Shown: positions 1 to 9,552 of the stretch, piece after piece
Position numbering within the stretch: position 1 is the stretch's first letter
Layout of the letters: every line of letters begins with the position of its first letter
Origin: Lingula anatina
Taxonomy: Eukaryota > Animalia > Brachiopoda
NCBI GenBank assembly: GCA_051362555.1
Contig: CM120649.1
Location: forward strand, 6,448,001 to 6,512,000
DNA length: 64,000 nucleotides
Direction of reading: 5' to 3'
Notes under the pieces: model-generated
The model's input: the letters and a program-made list of their open reading frames with translations, nothing else
What the model was told of the DNA's origin: nothing
The model's database searches: none
Made by a program: the position numbers and the translations under genes

Positions 1-309
1 TGTGATAGCTACACCATCACAGTTTATCATTTCATCAAAAGGGAAACAGCAGATGCCCTTGTCAGGGCACACAAGAGAGTTGAACAGCTATACCCTCCAA
101 ATCCAAGACGCGTTACATGGGATCGAGATATATTTGGCACTAAAACTGAAAATCTAATGGAATGTTTTTAGTTTTAGTTTAAATCATAAGGGGGTGTTGT
201 CTCAATGCTTTAAAACTGGTTTTGAAGAATTCAATCCACATTTTTTTTTTACCTTTGCGATTATTTATTTTTTTTGCACCTCAAATCTCCTCCGGAGGCT
301 ACGGCCCTG

Positions 310-617
310 AAGACAGTCAGATTTTAAAGTTTATATTGATGGGTATCTATTTTTTTCTGTTGGAAAACCATCAAAATGGAGGATAGATCAACAAAGATAC
401 TTTGGAATGCTGTCAGAAAATATATCTGGATCTGCTCCTGTTATTGACCATGTTACCTGTTGGGCATGATTAAAATCAGTGTTGACTGACTGTGCTATTA
501 TAAGCATTATTTATTATTGCATCAAAATTGACAAAATGACCTATTTTGCATCTTTTTTTCTGTTTTTTTTTTTTTTTTTTTTTTGTCTGTACAATTGACA
601 GCTTTGCTGCCTTGTTT
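310..617 (-). repeat. Left arm of a ~300-bp inverted duplication (partner at 2915-3209); includes part of a CAGGGGCGG-type MITE
   Basis: The reverse complement of 310-617 aligns almost continuously with 2915-3209 (e.g. acaaggcagcaaagctgtcaa...catggtcaataacaggagc...ctgactgtcttc). Confidence 0.85.
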
Positions 618-1389
618 TGCTTTTATGACAGCATCCTCCTTGCTCAAGCAGCTCCTTTGATTTGTTATTGAGACACAATGATGTCATGAGAATTTGGTTG
701 GCTGTCTAAATTTAAATTACATTCTTGTTTATTCTTGTTTTATTCTGTATCTTGTATAGCATGTCTATTGCTATATCAGTGTTTTTGCTTTGGTACCATA
801 TATTAAGTACGGTCACTGTTTTCCATTTACCCATTTTATGTGAGTGATAATGTATTCAAGTGTTGTTAACTTTAAAATATGTGCATCACAACAGTGCAAT
901 GATGATTATTATTTTCATTTCAAACACTGGAACGCACGTTTTCTTTTTTTCCCACTCTGACTGGCACGCCTATATCTACTGGTGGCTGATTTTCGAATAT
1001 GTGCTGAATGCCGTAAATATAATGTTGGAAGCCAGGATGGACTGGTACTGTCATGCAGATAGGCTTTGATACCTAGAAAACCACAAAAACAATTCATTGA
1101 TAATAAAAACCTACATGTATATTTACAAATAGAAATTGTATTGCATAGATATTATATACTAAACTAGTAAAGTAAATGTGGTTAAAATGTGCATTAAGCA
1201 AGAGTTGTGACACAAATTGCCCAGCATAAATTGGATTTAATACATATATTGAGACTGACAGAAAGACTTCACCTGACAGGCAGAACATGCCTAGTTGTCA
1301 CTCGACACTATAATCACACGCTCTCTCTCACACACACACACTATATTTGAGTTTCAAAAAAGACACAAACAAATGAAATATATACGTAC

Positions 1390-1609
1390 CGCCTACAAAG
1401 TGCTTTGAGCAAACAATAGTTCGATCCCATTTCTCCTCCGATGTGATATCTTTCCTGTTTATCGCCTCCTTCCATAACCGTCGCCTTTCCTCAGACAACT
1501 TTTGCGTATCCTCGCCTTGACCTTTGATGATTGTCGGTACTTTATGGAAACTAACACCTTTCTGTGAACTCGGTCTATTGGTACATCCAAATATGCCACA
1601 TATTGGCAT
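1390..1609 (-). CDS. THAP zinc-binding DNA-binding domain, first coding exon; downstream exons not identified
   Basis: MPICGIFGCTN...SFHKVP...RRRLWKEAINR...VCSKHF has the C2CH THAP signature with conserved P, W and F. A GT donor (G|gtacgt) lies at 1389-1388. Confidence 0.8.
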
Positions 1610-1679
1610 GGCTGTACTTTTTGTACATGATAAAAAGCAACAAAATTCGTCACGCTTATATTACACTGTCCTGGGTATA

Positions 1680-1721
1680 AAAATGGCGGGCACCGGAAGT
1701 CCGCACAAACGGATGACGTAA
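1680..1721. promoter_or_regulatory. Housekeeping-type core promoter motifs upstream of the THAP exon
   Basis: YY1 AAAATGGCGG at 1680-1689, ETS CCGGAAGT at 1693-1700 and CRE-like TGACGTAA at 1714-1721, all within 45 bp. Confidence 0.5.
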
Positions 1722-1878
1722 GGAAAAAACAATTGAATGGATACATACTACTAACTTGAGGAGCCTGATTAAAAAATATTTCCCTAAATGTTCACAATTT
1801 TTTTTTTTATATATTTAAAAGAATATATATAGGTAGGCTATTTCCTCTTTCTTAATATCTGTATATAGGTGTAGAATT

Positions 1879-2159
1879 AGGGGCGGATCCATGATTATTT
1901 GAAGGGGGTGGGGGGTCCGCGGATGCAAATCCGCGCCCTCCCCCTCCCTTCATTGTCGTGGGGTTTGGGCCCCCGAAAAATGTGGAAATTCAAATTGTGT
2001 ACGGTGCCATGTGGTACGATTAAGAACTATATGATTCAGTTTGTCAAAATAATTCTAATTTCAAGAGGGGACCACTGCCATGGTGTTTTTTTCCAGAAAT
2101 TGAAAGGGGGAGGGGGGTGTCAGGACCCCCTTGACCCCCCCCCCCTAAATCCACCACTG
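1879..2159 (+). mobile_element. Non-autonomous DNA transposon (CAGGGGCGGAT...ATCCGCCACTG family); related copies at 6820-7132, 8576-8670 (partial) and 55013-55263 (inverted)
   Basis: GC-rich termini ggggcggatcc / taaatccaccactg. The internal stretch gaactat(at)gattcag...aatttcaa is shared with 7026-7070 and, inverted, with 55100-55160. Confidence 0.7.
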
Positions 2160-2167
2160 CCTGTTAG

Positions 2168-2210
2168 AAATAATATAATATAATATAATATAATATAATA
2201 TAATATAATA
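2168..2210. repeat. (TAA)n microsatellite
   Basis: Direct inspection. Confidence 0.95.
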
Positions 2211-2914
2211 TATAAACTTTTTTTTAGAGGGCAGATCTAAAACACATAGGCCTATAGGCCTACGTACGTGGCCCTCGATCTTTGAGGGGTTAAAGAAAAA
2301 TGTGTTTAAAAAAATATTGAACATTTTGAAAAATCAAATATAAAAAACAAAGATATACAAATGATTTAGATATAAAATCAAATGTTAAAAATCTAAAAGC
2401 TACATAAAAAGTTAGCATAAACGTAAAATGGATCACGTTTGGACGTAACAAGTAGGCCTATGTTTGATTTTTTAAAAAGAAATACAGTACATCTATTCAT
2501 TGTTAGCTTAGGCCTATATATTAGTAAATGATTTTTTGTTACTATATTTTGGTGAAATCCCAATCCATTTTAGTGATTTAAAAACTAGTACAGACTTGAC
2601 ATCTAATATGGAATGTTTCTGAAGTATGCAAAGGTCAAACGCTTTCATTTCTCAGAAAAACTCAGAGCTTGTGTAGTTGGGTGTGTCTCTACCAATTAAC
2701 TGCATGACTACCATGTTTGTAATATTGCTGCATTGTGTAATATGCAGTGGATAGTGCTCCTTTGGGCTGTTCAAAGCATGGCTTTGTCGAAGCATATGGT
2801 TCTGTCAAAAAAAGTATCCATATGCATATGTTGGGAACTACGGCATAGAACAATTTGAAATTTTGCCTCCAAGCTGTCGGTTTTGCAGTGCGTAAAATGA
2901 GTTCAGCAGTGTTT

Positions 2915-3244
2915 TAACAAGGCAGCAAAGCTGTCAAATGTACAGACAAAAAACAGAAAATAAAGATGCAAAAAAAGGTCATTTTGTCAATTTTGATGCA
3001 ATAATAAATAATGCTTATAACAGCACTGTCAGTCAACACTGAATTTTAATCATGCACAACAGGTAACATGGTCAATAACAGGAGCGGACCCTGAGATATT
3101 TTCTGACAGTATTCCAAAGTATCTATGTTGATCCACCCTCCATTTTGATGGTCTTCCAACAGAAAAAAAAGATACCAGTCAATATAAACTTAATAACCTG
3201 ACTGTCTTCCAGAAGACCGAGAAAATGGTCTCAATCCACCCCTT
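2915..3244 (+). repeat. Right arm of the inverted duplication, containing a MITE copy (3079-3244) related to 13262-13427
   Basis: Matches the reverse complement of 310-617; the MITE part (gagatattttctgacag...) matches 13262-13427. Confidence 0.8.
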
Positions 3245-3719
3245 CAATAAGATTACAATTTCAGGACCATGAGAGACCAAAGTCACATGATGAAAGTCTC
3301 AATATTTAAAAAATGCCAAAATGTAAACAAGACAGCACTGTTCTGAAATGGGTTTATTTCCATTTTTAACACTTTTTTAACATAAAACAAAATAAACATT
3401 TTACTGCCATTTTATATGACCAACTTAGAAAATTGATGAGATGGGAAAAGTATCAATAGAACAGTGTTAAATGTCCAATTTCCTCCATTCTGAGATTCTG
3501 AACATAGTGGATGATTGAAACTGACAAACTGCAATGATATGAGTTTATTTCCATTTTTGACACTTTATTACACAATACATGATAACAAGTTTACCATGTT
3601 TTTTACATAATCAAATAACAATGTTGTAAAGATGCAGGAAATATCAAACAAACACTTTTAGGCATCTTATTAGTTAAATAATGAGACTGTTAACATGCCT
3701 AATAATTGAATCTGAGGAA

Positions 3720-4430
3720 ATGTGAAAAACAGTATAACTTCTAAAATAATGGCCTGATTATGCTGATTTTCGAACTCAACCTGCGTTTTAGTAAGATTGA
3801 CCACTCCTGTGAGTATGATTACAATTGGCCAATCCGTTTTTCTTATATTGTGTTATCAGTGTTGTATTTATATTGAAAATAGTGAAAAAACAGCATAAAT
3901 TCCCTAAAAATGGCCCAATCATGCTGATTTTCGAACTTGACCTGCGTATTATGAATATTCATCAGTTCTGTACGTTTCAAGTCAAAAGGTAAAATGGTTT
4001 TCCACTTATCGTGTTATCGGTGCTGCATATATGCTGAAAAAAGTGAAAAAACAGCATAAATTCCCTAAAAATGGCCCAATCATGCTGATTTTCGAACTTG
4101 ACCTGCGTATTATGAATATTCATCAGTTCTGTAAGTTTCAAGGCAAAAGGTAAAATGGTTTTCCACTTATCGTGTTATCGGTGCTGCATATATGCTGAAA
4201 AAAGTGAAAAAACAGCATACAGCATAAATTCCCTAAAAGTGACCCGATCACGCTGATTTTCGAACTTGACCTGCGTATTATGAATATTCATCAGTTCTGC
4301 AAGTTACAAGTCAAAAGGTAAAATGGTTTTCCACTTATCGAGTTATCGGTAAAAGTGCACGGCGACGACGGCGACGACAGACGCAGATGATGGCTATATG
4401 TACAGACACATCTGTGTCTGTACATAAAAA
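3720..4430 (+). mobile_element. Helentron/HINE-type element: ~161-bp tandem satellite units, (GAC) microsatellite and 3' hairpin
   Basis: Units start near 3724 (diverged), 3884, 4045 and 4206 and contain ttcgaacttgacctgcg. The gacgacggcgacgac tract is at 4360-4385. A perfect 14-bp hairpin tatgtacagacaca-tc-tgtgtctgtacata spans 4397-4426. Confidence 0.7.
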
Positions 4431-5268
4431 TTGTTAATCTGTGCCAGAATGGCGCGAAAAAGACTTCCAAGTATTATGTAGTAGCCAGCACGTCTTTTTG
4501 CTCCTTGTGAAGATACAATTTTACTAAGACGTTTTTCTTGTATTCTGAGCGGGGGATAGGTATGAAAGCAGCTACCGTCATAAGTTTGCAACATGCATGT
4601 TCTGGGCGACCTTGTGGTAGACAGTCGGCAATCGATCGCTGGAGTCCTGCTACCGGTGTAACAAAATAGAGTCCGTGTAACAGAAAGACCGTCCTCCATT
4701 CAGTTTTAATGGTTAATAAGGTTCAAATATTTCCAATACATACTTCATAAAGATCCCAGTCAAAAATATAGTTTATGAAATTTTGATTGGGGAGTTTGAT
4801 TTTCATAATGAAAATCTGACTGGGGCGTCACCTTTTAGAAGTCAGATTTCAATGGTACACCGGGATTTCCAGGACTACATAGAAAACGTACCCACGACTA
4901 CCTTTCTCTAACTATTATGGTGAAAGCCAATGTAGTTCAGTGATTTAGAAACTAGTATATGTATGCGTCGCTTTTTAAAATTCTACTTGTTTGCTAGTTC
5001 TATTTATTTAATAATTGGATTGGTGTAGTGTGTGAAAAAAATTCTCATTTCCTATGTGAGATATTAAATTTAAATAAAAGAGACAGTTGTTTGTTGTTCT
5101 TTTTTGAAGTGCCGGCGGACGATACCAGTCAGCGGTGCGCTGGTGGTACATTAACGTGTCACTTTTGGATCCTGGGAATACGTAACTTTGAAACTAATCG
5201 TATGACAAAAGGCTTTTAAACCTAGAACTGTGTTTTGGACGTCGCGTTTTAATCAAAAAGATTCTATG

Positions 5269-5271
<3 letters not shown>

Positions 5272-5312
<41 letters not shown>
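5272..5312. repeat. (TG)n microsatellite
   Basis: Direct inspection. Confidence 0.95.
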
Positions 5313-5316
<4 letters not shown>

Positions 5317-5627
5317 GGGGGATAACAGTGTGTGTGGGGGGGGGGGGAGAACGGTGCGTAGAAGCTAAGGCGAGGGGATTTAAAGATCAGCCGAACGATG
5401 CGGGGGGAGTATCAGTGGGCGAACGTACTGGGCGGGAACCACACTGGCTAATTTACTCACATTTCAGCTTTCAAGAAAAGGAGAAATGAAAAGAAAGAAG
5501 TCTTTTTTAACTAGAGTCACTTTTCTTTCAACGTTGGTTCAACCATAAATAATTAATCACATCTTATACCCACTAAGGCTATTGTCTTATGTATTAGACA
5601 ATGTATGTATCAGATAATTATGTCACA

Positions 5628-6516
5628 TCATAAATCAGTATCTGCAAAAACATTTCTAAACATGGCAACAGGATATATCTCAGGTCTCACTTCTGGAGCA
5701 ATGCTATCCTCAAACTCCTTTTTGACAATGATTTCTGAGAGAAAATCCCTTTGCTCCTTCGTTCTAAGTGTAATTTCCCCAGCTTGAAATTCCTTTTTGA
5801 TAGTTATAAGTGAAACTTCTGTCCCAAAATCTTCAACTGGAAATTCTGTCTTAACAGACTGAAGTGAGACCCCTGTTTCATCCTGCATTACGGCAGGCTC
5901 CTCTTGAATAAATTTACTATGGTTCTCCGTCATCACTTTTCCTGTATAATTATGCTCATTTGAAATATCTGTAAGGATGACATACGGGCTCTTCCTCTCG
6001 TGTGGATTTTCTGAGGCTTGGATCCACTCCTTCTGCACATGATCATATTTGACAAACTCTCTTCATAGGACTGGTGTGTGGCCATTTTCTTTCCAGTGTG
6101 GCACATTTCATGCTGTTTACAATATTTTTTGATAAAGAAACCCTTTTCACAGTACTGGCATTTGTAAGGCTTTTCACCAGTGTGAGTCCTTTCATGCTTT
6201 ATACGAAGATTCTTTAAACTAAAACTCTTTTCACAATACTGGCATTTATGTGGCTTATTTTCACCAATGTGAGTCCTTTCATGTCCATTATAAATCTGTC
6301 TGATATTAAAACGCGCTTCACAATACCGGCATCTGAATGGGACTTCTCCAGTGTGGGTCCTTTCAGGCTGTATACATTTTCTTTTCTCCCGAAAGCTCAC
6401 TGGCACAGTGAACCCATCTCTTGACTGAGGCATCTTGTTTTTCTCATCAATGTCCTCAGATTCCATGCCAAACAGGTGGTCACTGCTGCCAGTGGAAAAC
6501 ATGTCAGCTTCCTCAC
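5628..6516 (-). pseudogene. C2H2 zinc-finger gene, terminal exon, with an apparent 1-nt frameshift near 6040-6062 (pseudogene or assembly error)
   Basis: Acceptor ttatgtag| at 6517. Three intact fingers with HTGEKP-type linkers plus one degenerate finger. An acidic tail with VKTEF/IKKEF/VKKEF motifs continues in another frame to the stop at 5628. Confidence 0.75.
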
Positions 6517-6766
6517 CTACATAACAAATTAACAACCAAAAAAATCAGTAGGCCTACTTGAGAAGGTTAAGAAGTCTTGTTTGTGATAAGAATACAAGTA
6601 CGGCAGTGTGTCAAATTTGCAGTGTGTGTCAGCAGTTGGAGCAGAAAAAAAAAGAAACACCACTCATTCAAACATCTTGCAGGGATTTACAACATGTATG
6701 AAGTTAAGTAAGTTCAATATCAGATGTTTTAACCTTTTTCTCCCTTCTTCATGGACATAGCATATC

Positions 6767-7170
6767 AGGTCGGTAGCCAGCAATTTTAGAAGGGGGAGGT
6801 CTGAAAAAGTGGACCTTTTCAGGGGCGGATCTAGGGTTATTTGAAGGGGGGGTCCGTGGATGCGAAGCTGACACCCACACACACACACACACACACACAC
6901 AAACTTCGTGTGGGGTCACACACACACACAAACACTTGCCGTGGGGTTTGGGGTCTGCCAAATGGCCCGAAAAATTTTGGTATTTTATATTTTATAGGGC
7001 AAACGGTTCCATTTGGAACAGTTTAGAACTATGATTCAGCTGGTCAAAATTTTAATTTCAAAAGGGGGCCAGAGATTGTGTGTGTGTGGGGGTGCAACAC
7101 TCACCATTGACCCCCCTCTAAATCCGCCACTGCTTTAACAACAAAACCTTTCTGTACCTAGATCAAAATG
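6767..7170 (+). mobile_element. GCCCGTAGCCAG-type MITE interrupted by a nested CAGGGGCGG-type MITE (6820-7132)
   Basis: The host sequence gtagccagcaattt...aaaagtggaccttt resumes after 7132 (ctttaac...tagatcaaaat), matching the uninterrupted copy at 7411-7580. Confidence 0.65.
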
Positions 7171-7410
7171 GACTTAACTTTTGCTGACTCGTCACATCAT
7201 AATTTTTAGGATGATGAGTCTTATTGAATATTTGATATATAATTTTTATCCCTAAGGCCATAACATTTAATGCAGGCAACAATTTGCTACCTTGTTATTA
7301 TTGTTAAAACGATTAGGATAGAGGGGTTATATAATAAAAGCTGCCTTGTTTGGCCAAATCATAAACAATCAATATTCCTTGTTGCCTTCTCTCTTCATGT
7401 AAATAACATT

Positions 7411-7580
7411 GGCCCGTAGCCAGCAATTTCGGGGGGGGGGGGGGGGGCGTTTTCTGAAAAAGTGGACCTTTTACCATAAAATCCTCAAGTACATAGATCA
7501 AATTTTACCCAGAGTGGATCTTTTCCCAGCCAAAAGGCTGGTTCTTTCGACCCCCCCCCCCCCCTCCGGCTACGGGCCTG
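7411..7580 (+). mobile_element. GCCCGTAGCC...GGCTACGGGCCTG MITE; further copies near 16190-16350 and 40353-40528 (inverted)
   Basis: Terminal inverted repeats ggcccgtagcc / ggctacgggcc and a shared internal aaaagtggacctttt...tagatcaaattttaccc. Confidence 0.7.
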
Positions 7581-7963
7581 TAACACTAGTGCCCAAGGGC
7601 TCTCGTAGCCTACTCCTTGTTTTTATTAAATGAAAACCTAAAAATGAAAATTTAAAAAAATATATGCATAGAGTGTACATTTGATCATTGCATGGATATC
7701 ATTTAAACTTCAAACATTATGCAATGAAATTTATAGGGCCTAGTATGTAGCAGTTATGAACCAAATCCATTGTGATAGTAGGCCTAGGCCCTAATGACCG
7801 CTGTGCCAGTTCTATCTGTGATTGTGATATTTCATAGAAGTCTTCATACAGACAGTACTAACGAGTAGCTTGATTAAAAACGTTTCTCGAAGAATATTTT
7901 TGTATTCAAAAGAATTTTAGTGAATAATTTTCTCTTTCTTTCTCTATAGGTGTATATGCTTAG

Positions 7964-8567
7964 CACCCTGAGCTTCAGAGATAACTTGACACTAACCTCT
8001 TCACTATAGCCTATCTTCATCGTGTCAAGTTACCTCTGACGAAAATAGTTTGACCTAGTTTATATAAGCCAATCGAATCCATGTTTCAAAATTTTTCACC
8101 AAAGTTTGGTGAAAACGCTGATTGGTTGACCGTCAATCGGCAATCCTCGGTTGATTCCGCAAGCTCCATACTAACAACATAGTTTTTGTCGAGTGCGGAG
8201 ACATCCGAGTAGTTCCGAGTGCATAACCGTACACAAAGAAAGCATGGAGTATATTGGAATTGAAACCAGAGCAGTTTGATGCCCTGCATAATTATCTACT
8301 GAGGGATGATGTATTTTGCGTGCTGCCCACAGGTTACGGCAAGTCCCTGATATTCAGCCTTATCTTTGATTGGTCCGGATTTGAACAAAGCGCGCTTTGA
8401 CTCGTTCGCGTTCATTGGCTAGATCGTTCAATGAGTCATTGAGTGCGGGCTTTAAATTTGATTGGCGGGCGGCGGAGGCAATCGAATGTGGTCAGAGGTA
8501 ACTTGACACGATGAAGATAGGCTATAGTGAAGAGGTTAGTGTCAAGTTATCTCTGAAGCTCAGGGTG
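7964..8567 (+). mobile_element. 604-bp non-autonomous DNA transposon with perfect 77-bp TIRs, an 8-bp TSD and an internal RecQ-helicase fragment
   Basis: TIR 7964-8040 is the exact reverse complement of 8491-8567. TSD ATGCTTAG at 7956-7963 and 8568-8575. 8227-8355 (+) reads ...ELKPEQFDALHNYLLRDDVFCVLPTGYGKSLIF (Q motif and Walker A). Confidence 0.9.
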
Positions 8568-8699
8568 ATGCTTAGAGGCGGGTCCAGGATTATTTGAAGG
8601 GGGTGGGGAGGGGGGTACGCGAATGCGAAGCCGCCCCTCCCCCCTCCCTTGGCTTGGTGTTCGGGCCCGCTGTAAATGGAGGAGTGTGTAGTCAGCTGT

Positions 8700-9301
8700 G
8701 TCGCTGCCAATTAACTGCATGACTACCATGTTTGTAGCACTGTTGCATTGGGTAATATGCAGCGATTTAATTAGGTAGTGCTCCTTTGGGCTGGTCAAAG
8801 CTTGGCTACAACATGAGCATATGATCTGTGCGACCTTGTGGTAACCAGTCGGCAATCGATCGCTAGAGTCCTGCAACCGGCGTAACAAACCTGAGAGTCC
8901 GTGTAACAAAAAGTCTGCCCTCCATTTAGGTCATTTAGGTATAATGGTTAGGGTTAGCTTGAACTAAGTGGGTCAAAATTGGCTTGTACAAATGAATGGA
9001 ACGCGGACTGTCTATCATGAGGGACTCGCTGGCAGTTGCAAGTTACATCGGTTTTCAATTATTTAGTGGTTGCTAACAAGTTGTGAATCGCTCGGCGAAC
9101 GGTGCGCAACTAGTTACCTATAGGCAGAAGACGGTCTTCAGAGGTTGCAGATACCATATTGCAACCGGTGTGCAGTAGGTTGCCGATCAAAATATGCCAA
9201 AGCTAGGCCTATATATTCACCTTGCAAAGTGGTTGCTAAAAGGTTGATTTTGTGGTTGCTGAACGGTTGCCAAAAGGTTGCAAGCGCAGTGTGACACAGG
9301 C
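8700..9301 (+). mobile_element. Degenerate GGTTGC/GCAACC-rich non-autonomous element; pieces also at 2690-2805 and 4588-4703
   Basis: 8706-8830 matches 2690-2805 and 8810-8928 matches 4588-4703. It ends gtgtgacacaggc|tta. Confidence 0.55.
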
Positions 9302-9327
9302 TTAACGATGTTCTTATGCTAGACTTA

Positions 9328-9552
9328 GGGTGCTTTCCCAGAGATTTAGATCGATCTAAAGATTAAGATTTAGATCGACCTAACTCCTTGGGGGTTCACG
9401 CTAAATTGCAGTCAGCCGAGCGGGCGCCATAGTTAATTACCCCCTTACAGTTTTTAGTAGGCGGGACAGACGCTTAAGCCGGCCAAGCTGACAGTAATCT
9501 AGTGAGACTCCCCACAGGGATAGATCGATCTAAAATCTATGGGAATGGGGTC
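9328..9552 (+). mobile_element. PIF/Harbinger (Tourist-like) MITE, family A, copy 1
   Basis: Flanked by TTA on both sides, with subterminal tagatcgatcta palindromes; the body is shared with four other copies. Confidence 0.85.

Noticed and set aside
1-145. Possible downstream THAP exon on the minus strand
   Set aside because: An acceptor-like site exists, but all frames hit stops or show no recognisable domain.
3720-4350. Regular repeats resembling a CRISPR array (also 13735-14620 and 63110-63715)
   Set aside because: Whole units repeat with no unique spacers, there are no cas genes, and the context is eukaryotic.
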